Source: an uncultured Verrucomicrobiae bacterium (GTDB lineage: Bacteria > Verrucomicrobiota > Verrucomicrobiia > Chthoniobacterales > Chthoniobacteraceae). From it: a DNA stretch of 64,000 nucleotides. Shown here piece by piece: positions 29,184-39,641 of this stretch. How positions within the stretch are numbered: the stretch's first letter is position 1; each line of letters opens with the position of its first letter. Where the stretch lies: assembly GCA_963836755.1 (NCBI GenBank), contig CAWIKF010000002.1:1344001-1408000 (forward strand), in the 5' to 3' direction. Below the pieces are notes generated by a model. The model searched no databases, was not told where the DNA came from, and saw nothing but the letters and a program-made list of their open reading frames with translations. Both the position numbers and the translations under genes were made by a program.

Positions 29184-29729
29184 ATGAACAGGGAAATCCG
29201 CAGCTTGTTTGGAAAAATTCTTTTTGCCGCCGCGCTTTTGCTCTGCGTCACACGCCACTCTTCCGCGCAAGGGGTGGAGATCCAGCCGCCGTTTGGGCTT
29301 TCGTGGGGTGAGTCTTCCGATCGAATCGAGAAGCTGCTGAAAGGCGCAAAGGCGACGATCGTCGATCGGCACGACGTCGAGGGACGGCAGGCGTGGACGG
29401 TTGAGGGCCTCGTGCAGGCGGGGCTTCGGCGGACGGTTTTTTATTTCAAAGACGGGATGCTGATGGAGGTCGAGCTGCAATATGAAGACCCGACGTGGGA
29501 CACCGCGAAATACAGCGATTTCATGTCGCAGGTGCGGCGGCGAATCGAACAAAAGTTTGGCGCCGGCCAGCTCATCGCGCGCTCAAAAGGTCCCGAGGGC
29601 AACGTGATACAGACGGTCGTCGGCTACAAATGGAATGAGAACAACACCGCGATCCAGTTGTTCTACTTTGCCGCCGAGACGGCGAAGAACGCATACCGGA
29701 CGGTGAGCGTTCATTACAAAACACTTTGA
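29184..29729 (+). CDS. hypothetical exported protein
   Basis: Signal peptide; PFGLSWGES; host-like coding style. Confidence 0.7.
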   Translation: MNREIRSLFGKILFAAALLLCVTRHSSAQGVEIQPPFGLSWGESSDRIEKLLKGAKATIVDRHDVEGRQAWTVEGLVQAGLRRTVFYFKDGMLMEVELQYEDPTWDTAKYSDFMSQVRRRIEQKFGAGQLIARSKGPEGNVIQTVVGYKWNENNTAIQLFYFAAETAKNAYRTVSVHYKTL

Positions 29730-29804
29730 CGCCGCGCGGTCTGCGGCGGTTGACAAGCGCGGCGCGGGATCACTAAACATGACTCCCTTTTTTCTCCCGC
29801 GCGC

Positions 29805-31022
29805 ATGAGCCTCATCGTCCAAAAATATGGCGGAACTTCCGTAGGCGATCCCGCCCGCATCGCAAACGTCGCGCGCCGCGTGATCGCGACACAGGAGCAG
29901 GGGAACCAAGTCGTAGTCGTCGTCTCCGCGATGTCCGGCGTCACCGACAATTTGATTAAACTCGCGCGTGAAATTTCCCAAAATCCGACCGAGCGCGAGA
30001 TGGATGTTTTGCTCGCGACCGGCGAGCAGACCACCATTGCGCTCACAGCAATCGCCATCAACGCGCTCGGAAAAAAAGCCGTCTCGCTGACCGGCGCGCA
30101 GGCCGGCATCATCACGGACGGCGTCCACACGAAAGCGAAAATCGCGAACATCACTCCGCGGCAAATTCACGATTTTCTCAACGACGACTGCATCGTGATC
30201 GTCGCCGGATTCCAAGGCCAGACGATGAGTGGTCAGATCACCACGCTCGGCCGCGGCGGCTCGGATTTGACGGCAATCGCGATCGCTGCGGCGGTGAAAG
30301 CGGATATTTGCCAGATTTACACCGACGTCGAAGGCGTCTTCACGTGTGACCCGCGCGTCGTGCCCGGCGCGCGCAAAATCCCGGAAATTTCCTACGATGA
30401 AATGCTCGAGATGGCGAGCAGCGGGGCGAAGGTGATGCAGTCGCGCTCGGTGGAATTTGCAAAAAAGTTCAAGGTGCCGTTTGAAGTGCGCAGCAGTTTC
30501 AACCAAAACCCCGGCACGATCGTGAAAGAAGAATCTATGAGCATGGAAAACGTTGTCATACGTGGCGTAAGCATCGAGCGGAACCAGGCGAAGGTCACTG
30601 TCACCAATGTCCCCGACAAACCGGGCACGGCCGCGAAGATTTTCAATGCCATCGCCGGCGCCGGCCTGATCATCGACATGATCGTCCAAAACATTTCCCT
30701 CAGCGGCACGACGGACATTTCCTTTACGCTCAACAAAGATGAACTGCCGAAGGCGAAGAGCGCGCTCGAGCCGCTCGTGCGCGAGATTGGCGCGAAGGAA
30801 TTGATCGCGCAGGATGGCATCGCGAAACTCAGCGTCGTCGGCATTGGGATGCGCTCGCACTCCGGTGTCGCGGCGAAACTTTTCGACGCATTGAGCGCCG
30901 GTGGAATCAATATCCAGATGATCTCGACGTCAGAGATCAAAATTGCCGTCATTTTAAATGAAGCGAAAATCGCCGAGGCCGCGCAGCTCGCGCACGACGC
31001 CTTCGGTCTCGGCGAAGGTTGA
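29805..31022 (+). CDS. lysC: aspartate kinase
   Basis: VQKYGGTSV, TLGRGGSDLTA, two ACT domains. Confidence 0.97.
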   Translation: MSLIVQKYGGTSVGDPARIANVARRVIATQEQGNQVVVVVSAMSGVTDNLIKLAREISQNPTEREMDVLLATGEQTTIALTAIAINALGKKAVSLTGAQAGIITDGVHTKAKIANITPRQIHDFLNDDCIVIVAGFQGQTMSGQITTLGRGGSDLTAIAIAAAVKADICQIYTDVEGVFTCDPRVVPGARKIPEISYDEMLEMASSGAKVMQSRSVEFAKKFKVPFEVRSSFNQNPGTIVKEESMSMENVVIRGVSIERNQAKVTVTNVPDKPGTAAKIFNAIAGAGLIIDMIVQNISLSGTTDISFTLNKDELPKAKSALEPLVREIGAKELIAQDGIAKLSVVGIGMRSHSGVAAKLFDALSAGGINIQMISTSEIKIAVILNEAKIAEAAQLAHDAFGLGEG

Positions 31023-31051
31023 GCGCGCCGAGGTGCGATGGCGCTGAAGCA

Positions 31052-31079
31052 TTGACAATCGAGGTGCCGCCGCTAAAGT
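31052..31079 (+). promoter_or_regulatory. sigma70-type promoter of the rpmH operon
   Basis: TTGACA-16 bp-TAAAGT. Confidence 0.55.
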
Positions 31080-31116
31080 TGCGCCTCTTTTTGACCGGCC
31101 AACTTTTTAAAGCTTT

Positions 31117-31290
31117 ATGAAACGCACCTATCAGCCATCGAAGCGCACGCGCAAGCAGCAGTTTGGTTTCCGCGCGCGCATGAAGACCAAAAGCGGGCGC
31201 GCAATCCTCTCGCGCCGCCGTCAGCGCGGCCGCAAGCGCCTGCTGCCGAAGGGTGTCGAAATTCATTTCGCGCGGCACACCCAGGCCTAG
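31117..31290 (+). CDS. rpmH: 50S ribosomal protein L34 (missing from the ORF track)
   Basis: [42 protein letters not shown]. Confidence 0.97.
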   Translation: MKRTYQPSKRTRKQQFGFRARMKTKSGRAILSRRRQRGRKRLLPKGVEIHFARHTQA

Positions 31291-31700
31291 TGGCGCGAGG
31301 CGAGGGCAGTGAGAACTGCGGGCCGTCCGGCGGTTCGCGCCCAGCTCATCCGCTCCGTTTTCCAAAGTCCGCGCGGTTGACGCGGACGACCGAGTTTCAA
31401 AAAATCAAACTTGAGGGCCGCACGTTTCACGGAAAACTTATGGTGCTTGGCGTCCTGAAAATTTCTGAAATCGAACCTGTGCGCGCAGGTTTCGTCACAT
31501 CCCGCCGCGTCGGCCAGGCCGTGCAGCGCAACCGCGTCCGCCGCCGATTGCGCGAGCTCGTGCGCCACGCGCGGCCGAATTTGCGGCACGGATTCTGGCT
31601 CGTGCTCATCGCGCGCGCCGCCGCCACGCGCGCGAGCTGGAGCGAGCTGTGTGACGAATGGGTTTTGCTCGCGCGCCGCGCGTCAATTTTAAACGCATGA
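31290..31700 (+). CDS. rnpA: RNase P protein component
   Basis: [23 protein letters not shown] (RNR motif). Confidence 0.95.
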   Translation: MARGEGSENCGPSGGSRPAHPLRFPKSARLTRTTEFQKIKLEGRTFHGKLMVLGVLKISEIEPVRAGFVTSRRVGQAVQRNRVRRRLRELVRHARPNLRHGFWLVLIARAAATRASWSELCDEWVLLARRASILNA

Positions 31701-31939
31701 TCCGGATTTTGATTCGCGGCTATCAGGTTTTTCTTTCGCCGCTGCTCTCGGTTTTTTTCGGCCCGAATTCCGGCTGCCGTTATGAGCCGACCTGCTCGCA
31801 GTATTTTCTCGAGGCCGTGGAAATGCACGGCGCACTGCGCGGAAGCTGGCTCGGCGTCAAACGAATCGCGCGCTGCCATCCGTGGGGCGGCCAGGGCGCT
31901 GATCCCGTGCCGATGAAAAACGGAGGCTGCAAAGCGTAA
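31697..31939 (+). CDS. yidD: membrane protein insertion efficiency factor
   Basis: [27 protein letters not shown]. Confidence 0.95.
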   Translation: MIRILIRGYQVFLSPLLSVFFGPNSGCRYEPTCSQYFLEAVEMHGALRGSWLGVKRIARCHPWGGQGADPVPMKNGGCKA

Positions 31940-31943
31940 TTTC

Positions 31944-33623
31944 ATGGACAAAAAAGGAGCCATCGCCATTGCGCTCGCCATCATCGTGATGGTCGTGTGG
32001 CAATTTAAGTTTGCCCCGAAATACGTGCCGCCGCCGGCACCTGCGGCTTCCCCTGCACCGAGCGCGAGCGCTGTCGCTGCGGCGAGCGCGGCGCCTGCGG
32101 TCGCGAATCCCGCGCAGCCCGTTTCGGCGACTCCGTCCGTTCCGGAATCGCTGGAAAAAATCGCGAGCCCGACGGCGGAGTATTCCTTCACCAATCTCGG
32201 CGGCGGCATCGCGCACGCTGAACTTTTAAAATATCCCGCGGAAAACGGGAACGTCTCAATGAACGAGTTTGGCAAAATTCCGATCGGCGCGTTGAGCGAG
32301 CAGCCCGGAGAAGGAGCGACGGATGCGTGGCAAATCACGAGCCATCCTGGCGAAGTCGATTGCACGCGCACCGATAACAACGGCATTCAAATTGTTAAAC
32401 GGTTCACGCTGCCTGCATCGGAGCCATATGCGCTCCATCTCGAGGTCACATTCATCAATCAAGGCTCAAAGCCGTGGCAATCGAATGGCTACTTTGTCTA
32501 CACCGGATCTGCCGCGCCGATCCACCAGCGCGATCTGCCGACCTACACGGCGTTCGATTTTTCACGCAACGGAAAGCCGACCTTTATCGACGTGAATTGG
32601 TTTTCCGCGGCGAAGATTCCTCTCGTCGGAATTGAGCGGCGACCGGAGCGGCCGACGTATCTCGAAAAGCTCGACGACATCGCGTGGGCGGGCGTTGCGA
32701 GTCAATATTTCGCGACTATTGTCGCGCCGGAAATCACACGCGGCACACAAGTCTGGGCGCATCGTTTTTCAGTCGAGACCGAAACGCGCAATGTGCTCGG
32801 CGTGGAAGGCGCCATCGGCCTTCCCGGCTTTTCGCTGCCGCCGGGCGGCACGCACAGCGAGCAGTTCCATCTCTACGCCGGACCGAAAATTTATAACGCG
32901 CTCAAGAAGCTCGGGCACGGCGAGCAGGAGATCGTAAAATTCGGCACGTTCAAATGGGTGTCGCAGTTTTTGCTCAACTCGATGAACTGGCTGCACAGCG
33001 TTCTCGGCAGCTATGCGGCGGCCATCATTGTGTTAACGCTTTGCATCAAGACAACGCTCTGGCCTTTGCAGAATAAAGCGACGGCCTCGATGAAAAAAAT
33101 GCAGGCGCTGCAGCCGAAAATGACCGAGCTGCGCGAGAAGTATAAGGACGATCCGACGCGGATGAATGAGGAGCTGATGAAGCTCTACAAACAATATGGC
33201 GTCAACCCGTTCGGCGGCTGTCTGCCGATGTTTGTGCAAATCCCGATTTTCTTCGGCTTTTACGCGATGCTCGGGCAGGCGATCGAGCTGCGGAACAGCC
33301 ATTTCCTCTGGGTGCACGATCTTTCGCAGCCTGACACCGTCTTTCACTTCAACGGTTTCCCGGTGAACATTTTGCCGATGTGCATGGCGCTGACGATGCT
33401 GTGGCAAATGTCGCTCTCGCCGAAATCGGGCGACCAGATGCAGCAGCGGGTCTTCATGTTTGTGCCGTTGATCTTCATCGTCTTTTGCTATAATTACGCC
33501 TCAGCGCTGGCGCTTTACTGGACGGTGCAAAATTTGTTTTCGGTTGTGCAACTTTATGTCACCAGATCGAAAACCGCGCCGGCCTTGCAGAAAATCGCCG
33601 CGCCGCGCAAGAAAAAGCCATGA
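31944..33623 (+). CDS. yidC: membrane protein insertase
   Basis: YAGPK, GVNPFGGCLPMFVQIPIF, LYWTVQN; synteny. Confidence 0.96.
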   Translation: MDKKGAIAIALAIIVMVVWQFKFAPKYVPPPAPAASPAPSASAVAAASAAPAVANPAQPVSATPSVPESLEKIASPTAEYSFTNLGGGIAHAELLKYPAENGNVSMNEFGKIPIGALSEQPGEGATDAWQITSHPGEVDCTRTDNNGIQIVKRFTLPASEPYALHLEVTFINQGSKPWQSNGYFVYTGSAAPIHQRDLPTYTAFDFSRNGKPTFIDVNWFSAAKIPLVGIERRPERPTYLEKLDDIAWAGVASQYFATIVAPEITRGTQVWAHRFSVETETRNVLGVEGAIGLPGFSLPPGGTHSEQFHLYAGPKIYNALKKLGHGEQEIVKFGTFKWVSQFLLNSMNWLHSVLGSYAAAIIVLTLCIKTTLWPLQNKATASMKKMQALQPKMTELREKYKDDPTRMNEELMKLYKQYGVNPFGGCLPMFVQIPIFFGFYAMLGQAIELRNSHFLWVHDLSQPDTVFHFNGFPVNILPMCMALTMLWQMSLSPKSGDQMQQRVFMFVPLIFIVFCYNYASALALYWTVQNLFSVVQLYVTRSKTAPALQKIAAPRKKKP

Positions 33624-34078
33624 GCCAGAATGCCAAAGAAATTCTCGACACAATGCTCGGCTATCTCGGCTTCATCTGCGAGATCAAGGAGTTCGAGCAC
33701 GACGGCCTTTTGACGCTGCAAGTTTACACGCCGGAGCGCGACCGATTGATCGGCCATCACGGCGAGACGATGGAGGACATCCAATTTTTGCTGAATCGCG
33801 TGCTGCAATCGCAGGACAAAAATGCCGCGCGCGTGCAGGTGGACGTCGAACATTATCGCGAGATGCGCGAAGACGGCCTCGTGCAAAAGGCGAAGCAGCT
33901 CGCGGAAATCGTCCGCAAAACCGGCCGCTCGTTTCACCTCGACCCGATGAACGCGTATGACCGGCGCATCATCCACAACGCGTTCAAGGACGACCCCGAG
34001 GTGATGACGTGGAGCCCGCCGGACGATGCGCGCGTGAAGCGCATCACGCTCAAGCGACGCGCGGCGCAAGCCAGTTGA
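33620..34078 (+). CDS. Jag/KhpB-like KH + R3H RNA-binding protein
   Basis: LIGHHGETMEDIQFL; PMNAYDRRIIH; follows yidC. Confidence 0.88.
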   Translation: MSQNAKEILDTMLGYLGFICEIKEFEHDGLLTLQVYTPERDRLIGHHGETMEDIQFLLNRVLQSQDKNAARVQVDVEHYREMREDGLVQKAKQLAEIVRKTGRSFHLDPMNAYDRRIIHNAFKDDPEVMTWSPPDDARVKRITLKRRAAQAS

Positions 34079-34111
34079 TCTAAAAGTCAACGCGGTTTTT
34101 AAAAAAGCTGT

Positions 34112-34140
34112 TTGACAGGCAGCAAAGTCCATTCCACTAT
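34112..34140 (+). promoter_or_regulatory. sigma70-type promoter upstream of rpoZ
   Basis: TTGACA-17 bp-CACTAT. Confidence 0.5.
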
Positions 34141-34179
34141 CCCCCTCCATTTTTCCCAAGCCGTTTTTCCGACTCCATT

Positions 34180-34401
34180 ATGACCAGCCAACTCCTCGAT
34201 GATGCCGCCAAAGTGATCACCAGTCCGCAAGTGCTGATCAATGTAGTCTCCCGCCGCGTCCGCCAGCTCAGTCAGGGACATCGTCCGTTGATCCAGCCCG
34301 AGCCGCGTATGGGCTTGTCCGACATCGCGCTGCAGGAAATCATCGATGGCAAGCTGACATTCGAGGCCGCGCCTGCCGCCGAGACTGTCAACGGCAGCTA
34401 G
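34180..34401 (+). CDS. rpoZ: RNA polymerase omega subunit
   Basis: LINVVSRRVRQL..IALQEIIDGKL. Confidence 0.85.
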   Translation: MTSQLLDDAAKVITSPQVLINVVSRRVRQLSQGHRPLIQPEPRMGLSDIALQEIIDGKLTFEAAPAAETVNGS

Positions 34402-34410
34402 CCAGTCGCC

Positions 34411-34869
34411 GTGGCCGAGATTGCCACCAATCGCAAGGCGTTTCACGATTACGAGATCCTCGAGCGATTCGAGGCCGGCGTGGAATTAAAAGGCACCGAG
34501 GTCAAATCGATCCGCGCCGGTTTTGCGAGCCTCACCAACGCATTTGCCCGCATCGAAAACGCGCAGGCATTTCTCTACGGCTGCGACATCCAGCCCTACG
34601 AGCGCGCGAGCTTCGAGCAGCACGAACCGAAGCGCAGCAGGCGACTTTTGCTGCACAAAAGCGAAATCGAAAAACTCTTCGGACTGTCGTCCGTCAAAGG
34701 CCACACCATCGTCGCACTGCGGATGTATTGGAAAAGTGGGCGCGTCAAAGTTGAGCTCGGCGTCGGCAAGGGCAAGGAAGCGCGCGACAAGCGCGACGAC
34801 CTGAAATTGCGCGCCGAAAAGCGCGAAGCGGACCGCGAGGTATCTCGCTTCAACCGCAAGCACCTCTGA
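34411..34869 (+). CDS. smpB: SsrA-binding protein
   Basis: NRKAFHDY, EAGVELKGTEVKSIR, RRLLLHKSEI. Confidence 0.97.
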   Translation: MAEIATNRKAFHDYEILERFEAGVELKGTEVKSIRAGFASLTNAFARIENAQAFLYGCDIQPYERASFEQHEPKRSRRLLLHKSEIEKLFGLSSVKGHTIVALRMYWKSGRVKVELGVGKGKEARDKRDDLKLRAEKREADREVSRFNRKHL

Positions 34870-34884
34870 AAAAAGTGCGCGATT

Positions 34885-35070
34885 CTACGGGTTCGTCGGC
34901 GGCGGCGTCGGGTCCGGTTTCTTTTCACGGCGCGTGGCGGGATCGTTGATCTTCCGCGCGTTCCGGAAATCCTCGTAAAACTCCGGCTGCGTATCCGCAA
35001 ACTGGCGCATCAATTTATCGAGGATCAAATCGAGCACGCTATCGCCCAGAGCGAACTGCGCCGCGATCAT
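34885..35070 (-). pseudogene. probable 3' gene remnant
   Basis: Protein-like LDKLMRQFADTQPEFYEDFRNARKINDP plus Pro-rich tail; only 61 codons. Confidence 0.4.
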
Positions 35071-35152
35071 AGATGGGCTGCTAGGCGGTGCGAACGGGGG
35101 GGCTGGCCTCTGCAGAGGGTCGGCGCGGGGCGGGGATGGACGACGCGGGACG

Positions 35153-36202
35153 TCAGAGTAACGGCTCGGTGGTGGCGAGGGCGTTGAGGTAGACGAGGTG
35201 CTTTCCGCCGCGCATCAGCTCTTCGTCGAGCAGGGTGATGAGGTCATTCTTTCCCGCAGGGACGAGGTGTTGATGACTCCGCCCGCCGGCGTTGACTTCC
35301 GCGTGGAAGAATTCCGAGGTGCCGTCGTGCTCGATGCGAAAGGTGGCGGTGTCGGCCTCCATGAGGCATTGGCCGATGGGCGCTCCCTCGGCTTCACGGA
35401 CGTCGATTTCGATGTTGCGGTGATCGTGCTGGAGTAAAAATCCGGTGTCGCGTTTTTCCACGAGCGTCCAGCGCAACTGCGACATGAGCCAGCCGATGAG
35501 CAGCAGGGCGGTGGTGCGATGGCGCGGCGCATGGCTGATCTGCACGCGGGTGATTTTTTGCAGCGCGGCGAGGTTTGCCGGCGGGTCGAAGAGTTGCGCG
35601 AGCACCCAGCGCAGATGCAGGAGGCGCGTCCAGTTGAGATCGCAGAGGGTGAGGCGCGGCTTGATCTCGGCGAGGGAGCGGCGGAGTCGCGAGAATTGCG
35701 CCTGCGGGTCTTTCCATTTTTGACTGTCGAAGATGAGGCGGTCGGCCCACGTCCAGAGCTGCGCGTCGAGTTTTTGTGAAAAATCTCCGCGCCACCACAA
35801 GTAGAGCGGTAGGTCGGAATCGAGATGCGAGAAGACGATGTTCGGGATCATGCCGGCGAGGTTTCCCTCGAGCAGAAAGGTGATTTGCTCGCAGCAAACT
35901 TGTTTCGCGCCGGCGCCGCTGATGTGGCAGTGCGCGCTGATCCAGGCTTGCACGCGGTTCACGGGCGCGGCGGCCTCGATGGCGATGAGGATGGCGCGGC
36001 AGGCGTGGTCGCGGGTGAACTCGGCGATGAGATCGGTATTCTCGGCGAGGTGCTTCGCCTTTTCGCAATAGATGGCGAAGTTGATGAGCGAGGCGCGCGT
36101 GGCGGCGCCGCCATCGGCTTCCCAAAGTTTTTTTAGCTCGCGATCAATTTTGCCGACTTCCACCGGCATGCCCGGGCCGAGGTTGGCGATGGTTTCAGGC
36201 AT
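35153..36202 (-). CDS. opcA: glucose-6-phosphate dehydrogenase assembly protein
   Basis: DLPLYLWW, DRLIFDS, DLNWTRL; directly downstream of zwf. Confidence 0.88.
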   Translation of the reverse strand: MPETIANLGPGMPVEVGKIDRELKKLWEADGGAATRASLINFAIYCEKAKHLAENTDLIAEFTRDHACRAILIAIEAAAPVNRVQAWISAHCHISGAGAKQVCCEQITFLLEGNLAGMIPNIVFSHLDSDLPLYLWWRGDFSQKLDAQLWTWADRLIFDSQKWKDPQAQFSRLRRSLAEIKPRLTLCDLNWTRLLHLRWVLAQLFDPPANLAALQKITRVQISHAPRHRTTALLLIGWLMSQLRWTLVEKRDTGFLLQHDHRNIEIDVREAEGAPIGQCLMEADTATFRIEHDGTSEFFHAEVNAGGRSHQHLVPAGKNDLITLLDEELMRGGKHLVYLNALATTEPLL

Positions 36203-36204
36203 GG

Positions 36205-37755
36205 CTAGAGGCGCCGCCATTTGCGGTCATCGCGCTCGAGCAGCTCGTCCGCTTCCTTCGGTCCCCACGAGCCGGCGGGATATTCGCAGAGCTGCGGCGG
36301 CGGCTCGCTTTTGTGCCACGCATCCTCGATGGCATCGATGAACTTCCACGCCTGCTCGACTTCATCGCGCCGCGCGAAGAGCGTGGCGTCGCCGCTCATC
36401 GCGTCCAAAAGCAGGCGCTCGTAGGCTTCGGGGCTGGCTTTGCCGAAGCTGGTGCCGTAATGGAAATCCATCTTCACCGGCTCTACGCGCAAGGCCGCGC
36501 CGGGAATTTTTGCCTGCATGCGCAGCGAGATTCCTTCGTCGGGTTGGATGCGGATGACCAAAACATTGTTGCCACGGTCCGTGGACGCTTTGTTAAACAA
36601 GACGGGAGGCGCGCTGGTGAATGTCACGGCGATTTCGGTGCCGCTCTTCGGCAGCCGCTTGCCGACTCGCACGTAAAATGGAATGCCGGCCCAGCGCCAG
36701 TTATCAACGTTCACTTTTAACGCGACGTAAGTCTCGGTCATCGATTCCGGATTCACCCGATCCTCCTCGCGATACGATTTCGCGGCGACGCCGTTGACGG
36801 TGCCGGCGGCGTATTGGCCGCGGACGACATTTTGTGCGACATCCTCCGGCGATAGCGGGCGCAGCGAACGAAGCACTTTTACTTTTTCATCGCGCACGCT
36901 GTCGGGCGAAAGATCGGTCGGCGGCTCCATCGCCACGAGGCAAAGCAATTGGAGCAAATGATTTTGCACCATGTCGCGCAGCGCGCCGGAGCTGTCGTAG
37001 TAAGGCCCGCGGCCTTCCACGCCGAGCGTCTCGCTCGCGGTGATCTGCACGGAATCGATGTAGCGATGGTTCCAAAGCGGCTCGAAAATCGCGTTCGCGA
37101 AACGGAGCACCATGATGTTTTGCGCAGTTTCCTTGCCGAGGAAATGGTCGATGCGAAACGTGTCGCGCTCGGAAAAAGTTTCGCTGACGATGCGGTTCAG
37201 CTCCTGCGCGCTCGGCAGATCGGTGCCGAAAGGTTTCTCAACGATCACGCGCGTCCAGCCGCCTTCGATCGTCTGGTTCAGGTTGAACTTTTTCAGCTTT
37301 TCCAGAATGCCCTCGAACTCCGAGGGCGCGACGGAAAGGTAAAACAAACGATTGCCGCGCGTGCCGCGCTCGGTGTCGATTTGCTGAAGCCGCTGGGCCA
37401 GCCGCTCGTAGCCGTCGTCGTCGCCGAACTCGCTGCGATGGTAAAAAATACGCTCGGCAAAACTTTTCCAAAGCTCGTCCTGAACGGTTTGGCGCGAAAA
37501 CTTTTTCGTCGCTTCCTTGAGCTCGTCGCGAAATTGCTCGTCGGTTTTGTCGCGCCGCGCGAAGCCCACGACGCTGAGCGCGGAGGGCAAATCGCCATCG
37601 GCCGCGATGTTGTAAAGCGCCGGGATGAGCTTCCGATGCGTGAGGTCGCCGGTGGCGCCGAAGATGACGACGGTGCATGGCTGCGGCATCGGCCGGCTCG
37701 CGAGACCCTCGCGCAGCGGATTGTTCAGCGGTTTTTCGGTTTGTGGCGAGGTCAC
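36205..37755 (-). CDS. zwf: glucose-6-phosphate 1-dehydrogenase
   Basis: FGATGDL, EKPFG, RIDHFLGKE, RDMVQNHLLQ; GTG start inferred. Confidence 0.97.
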   Translation of the reverse strand: MTSPQTEKPLNNPLREGLASRPMPQPCTVVIFGATGDLTHRKLIPALYNIAADGDLPSALSVVGFARRDKTDEQFRDELKEATKKFSRQTVQDELWKSFAERIFYHRSEFGDDDGYERLAQRLQQIDTERGTRGNRLFYLSVAPSEFEGILEKLKKFNLNQTIEGGWTRVIVEKPFGTDLPSAQELNRIVSETFSERDTFRIDHFLGKETAQNIMVLRFANAIFEPLWNHRYIDSVQITASETLGVEGRGPYYDSSGALRDMVQNHLLQLLCLVAMEPPTDLSPDSVRDEKVKVLRSLRPLSPEDVAQNVVRGQYAAGTVNGVAAKSYREEDRVNPESMTETYVALKVNVDNWRWAGIPFYVRVGKRLPKSGTEIAVTFTSAPPVLFNKASTDRGNNVLVIRIQPDEGISLRMQAKIPGAALRVEPVKMDFHYGTSFGKASPEAYERLLLDAMSGDATLFARRDEVEQAWKFIDAIEDAWHKSEPPPQLCEYPAGSWGPKEADELLERDDRKWRRL

Positions 37756-37818
37756 GGCGAGGCGGTGAACGTGGGAAAAATCGGGCCCGATTTCAATCAA
37801 CAAATTTCAATGCGGCAC

Positions 37819-37834
37819 TGGCGTCAAATCTGCT
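37819..37834 (+). promoter_or_regulatory. sigma54-type -24/-12 element
   Basis: TGGCGTCAAATCTGCT immediately upstream of the kinase ATG. Confidence 0.45.
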
Positions 37835-37847
37835 CCCTTTCATCGCG

Positions 37848-38897
37848 ATGCATTCTGCTTTTCGACTTCCCCAGCTCCCGCCGCGCCTCGCGTTTCTCAT
37901 TTCCATGCTGCTGATGTGCACGATCGGATGGATCGATTACCGCACCGGTTACGGGATAAGCATGTTTCTCTTTTACGGCGGCCCGATCATGCTGACGGTC
38001 TGGTATTGCGACCGGAGTTCAGCAGTGCTGATGGCCTTGCTGAGCGCGATCGTCTGGTGGTGGGCGGACTGGCAGACGGGGCATCCTTACATTTCCGACT
38101 GGCTGCAAGCTTATGAAACCTGCATGCGGCTCTGTTTCTTTCTGTCCGTCGTCATGGGCGGCTCGGCGATGAAAACGAAGAATGACGCCGTCGAGGCGCA
38201 GTTGGAAACGGTGAACAGGCTGCGCCAGCTCGAGCGTGAAATCGTGGCGGCGAGTGAGGTCGAGCAGCAGCGGATTGGCTGCGATTTGCATGACGGGCTT
38301 TGCCAATTTCTCGCCGGCATCGGCTGCGCGGCGACTTCGCTCAAGGATGATTTGCAAAGTCACTTTGCCTCCGAAGCCGAAGCGGCGGCCGAGATCGAGG
38401 AACTGCTTCGCGATGCCGTCATGCAGGCGCGCAACGTCGCACGCGGTCTCGCGCCCGTGCATGTGGATGAGGCGGGGCTTGTGGCGGCGATCGAGGAATT
38501 GGCCGCAAATACTTCGCGGATGATGAGCATCGATTGTGAATTTCACGGAGATGACGCTTTTCCCGAGCCGACGCGGGAAGTCGCGACGCACCTGTATCGC
38601 ATCGCGCAGGAAGCGTTGAACAATGCTGTGAAACACGCGCACGCGACGGAGATCAATATTTCGCTCAAGTTTGCGGAAAATCTTGAGCTGTCGATCGAAG
38701 ACAATGGCGTCGGGCTGCCGGCCGATGCCGAGCATTCCGGCGGCATGGGTTTGAAAACGATGAACTATCGCGCTCGCTCTATCGGCGGCGAACTTCACGT
38801 GCAAAGCGAGCTGGAAAAAGGAACCGCCGTGACTTGCATCGTGCCGGCTGACGCGGTTATCAATCCTTCAGAAACGCATGTCCTCTTCGGCTCATAA
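37848..38897 (+). CDS. membrane sensor histidine kinase (HisKA_3/NarX class)
   Basis: EQQRIGCDLHDGLCQ, YRIAQEALNNAVKHA, DNGVG, GMGL. Confidence 0.93.
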   Translation: MHSAFRLPQLPPRLAFLISMLLMCTIGWIDYRTGYGISMFLFYGGPIMLTVWYCDRSSAVLMALLSAIVWWWADWQTGHPYISDWLQAYETCMRLCFFLSVVMGGSAMKTKNDAVEAQLETVNRLRQLEREIVAASEVEQQRIGCDLHDGLCQFLAGIGCAATSLKDDLQSHFASEAEAAAEIEELLRDAVMQARNVARGLAPVHVDEAGLVAAIEELAANTSRMMSIDCEFHGDDAFPEPTREVATHLYRIAQEALNNAVKHAHATEINISLKFAENLELSIEDNGVGLPADAEHSGGMGLKTMNYRARSIGGELHVQSELEKGTAVTCIVPADAVINPSETHVLFGS

Positions 38898-39552
38898 AAA
38901 GACGCGCGTCCTGCTCGTGGAGGATCATCCGATGTTCCGCGAGCGTCTCGCGCATTTGATCAACAAGGACGCCTTTCTCGAAGTCTGCGGCGAAGCGGAC
39001 AACATCCGCCAGGCGCACGCGCTCATCTTGGAAAAAACGCCTGACATCGCGGTGGTTGACATCACTTTACGCGGCTCGAGCGGACTCGAGCTGATCAAGG
39101 ATTTGAAAGCACAGGGGAGTGAATTGCCCGTGCTCGTCCTCTCAATGCACGACGAAACTCTCTACGCCGAACGCGTGCTGCGGGCCGGCGCGCGCGGCTA
39201 CATCACGAAGCATGAAGCCTCTGCGGAAGTGATGGCGGCGATCCATCAGGTGATGAGCGGCGAGGTTTATCTCAGCCAGCAGATGACGGCGAAAATGTTG
39301 AAAAAACTTTCCGGCGGCGCATCGGCGTCGAAAGAAAAAGGCGGCATGAGTTTGCTGACCGATCGCGAGCTGGAAGTTTTTCAACTGATCGGCGCCGGCC
39401 GCACCGCGCGCGAAATTTCCGAGGCACTCAATGTCGGCGCGACCACGGTCGATACCTACCGAGCTCGCATCAAGGATAAGCTGGGCCTGCACAGCGGTGC
39501 GGAATTGCACACGCGCGCGGCGCAATGGGTCGTGCAGCAGGCCGCCGCGTAA
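38878..39552 (+). CDS. NarL/LuxR family response regulator
   Basis: LLVEDHP, VDITL, LSMH, LTDRELEVF..HTH. Confidence 0.95.
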   Translation: MSSSAHKKTRVLLVEDHPMFRERLAHLINKDAFLEVCGEADNIRQAHALILEKTPDIAVVDITLRGSSGLELIKDLKAQGSELPVLVLSMHDETLYAERVLRAGARGYITKHEASAEVMAAIHQVMSGEVYLSQQMTAKMLKKLSGGASASKEKGGMSLLTDRELEVFQLIGAGRTAREISEALNVGATTVDTYRARIKDKLGLHSGAELHTRAAQWVVQQAAA

Positions 39553-39562
39553 GTTCGGTTTT

Positions 39563-39624
39563 GTAGTGGTTTCCGCTACGCGTCAAAACTGCCCGCGTTT
39601 GATGGCATGGGCGCGGTGCCTGCT
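39563..39624 (+). promoter_or_regulatory. GTAG-N9-CTAC palindrome plus sigma54-like box upstream of pilin 1
   Basis: GTAGtggtttccgCTAC (39563-39579); GGGCGCGGTGCCTGCT (39609-39624); same layout at 45416-45477. Confidence 0.45.
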
Positions 39625-39641
39625 AAATAGAGAAGCCGAAT

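Noticed and set aside
31023..31116. Possible oriC beside rpmH-rnpA-yidC
   Set aside because: No dnaA, no DnaA boxes and no AT-rich unwinding tract; lysC lies upstream
34870..35150. tmRNA next to smpB
   Set aside because: No tRNA-like termini or tag reading frame visible
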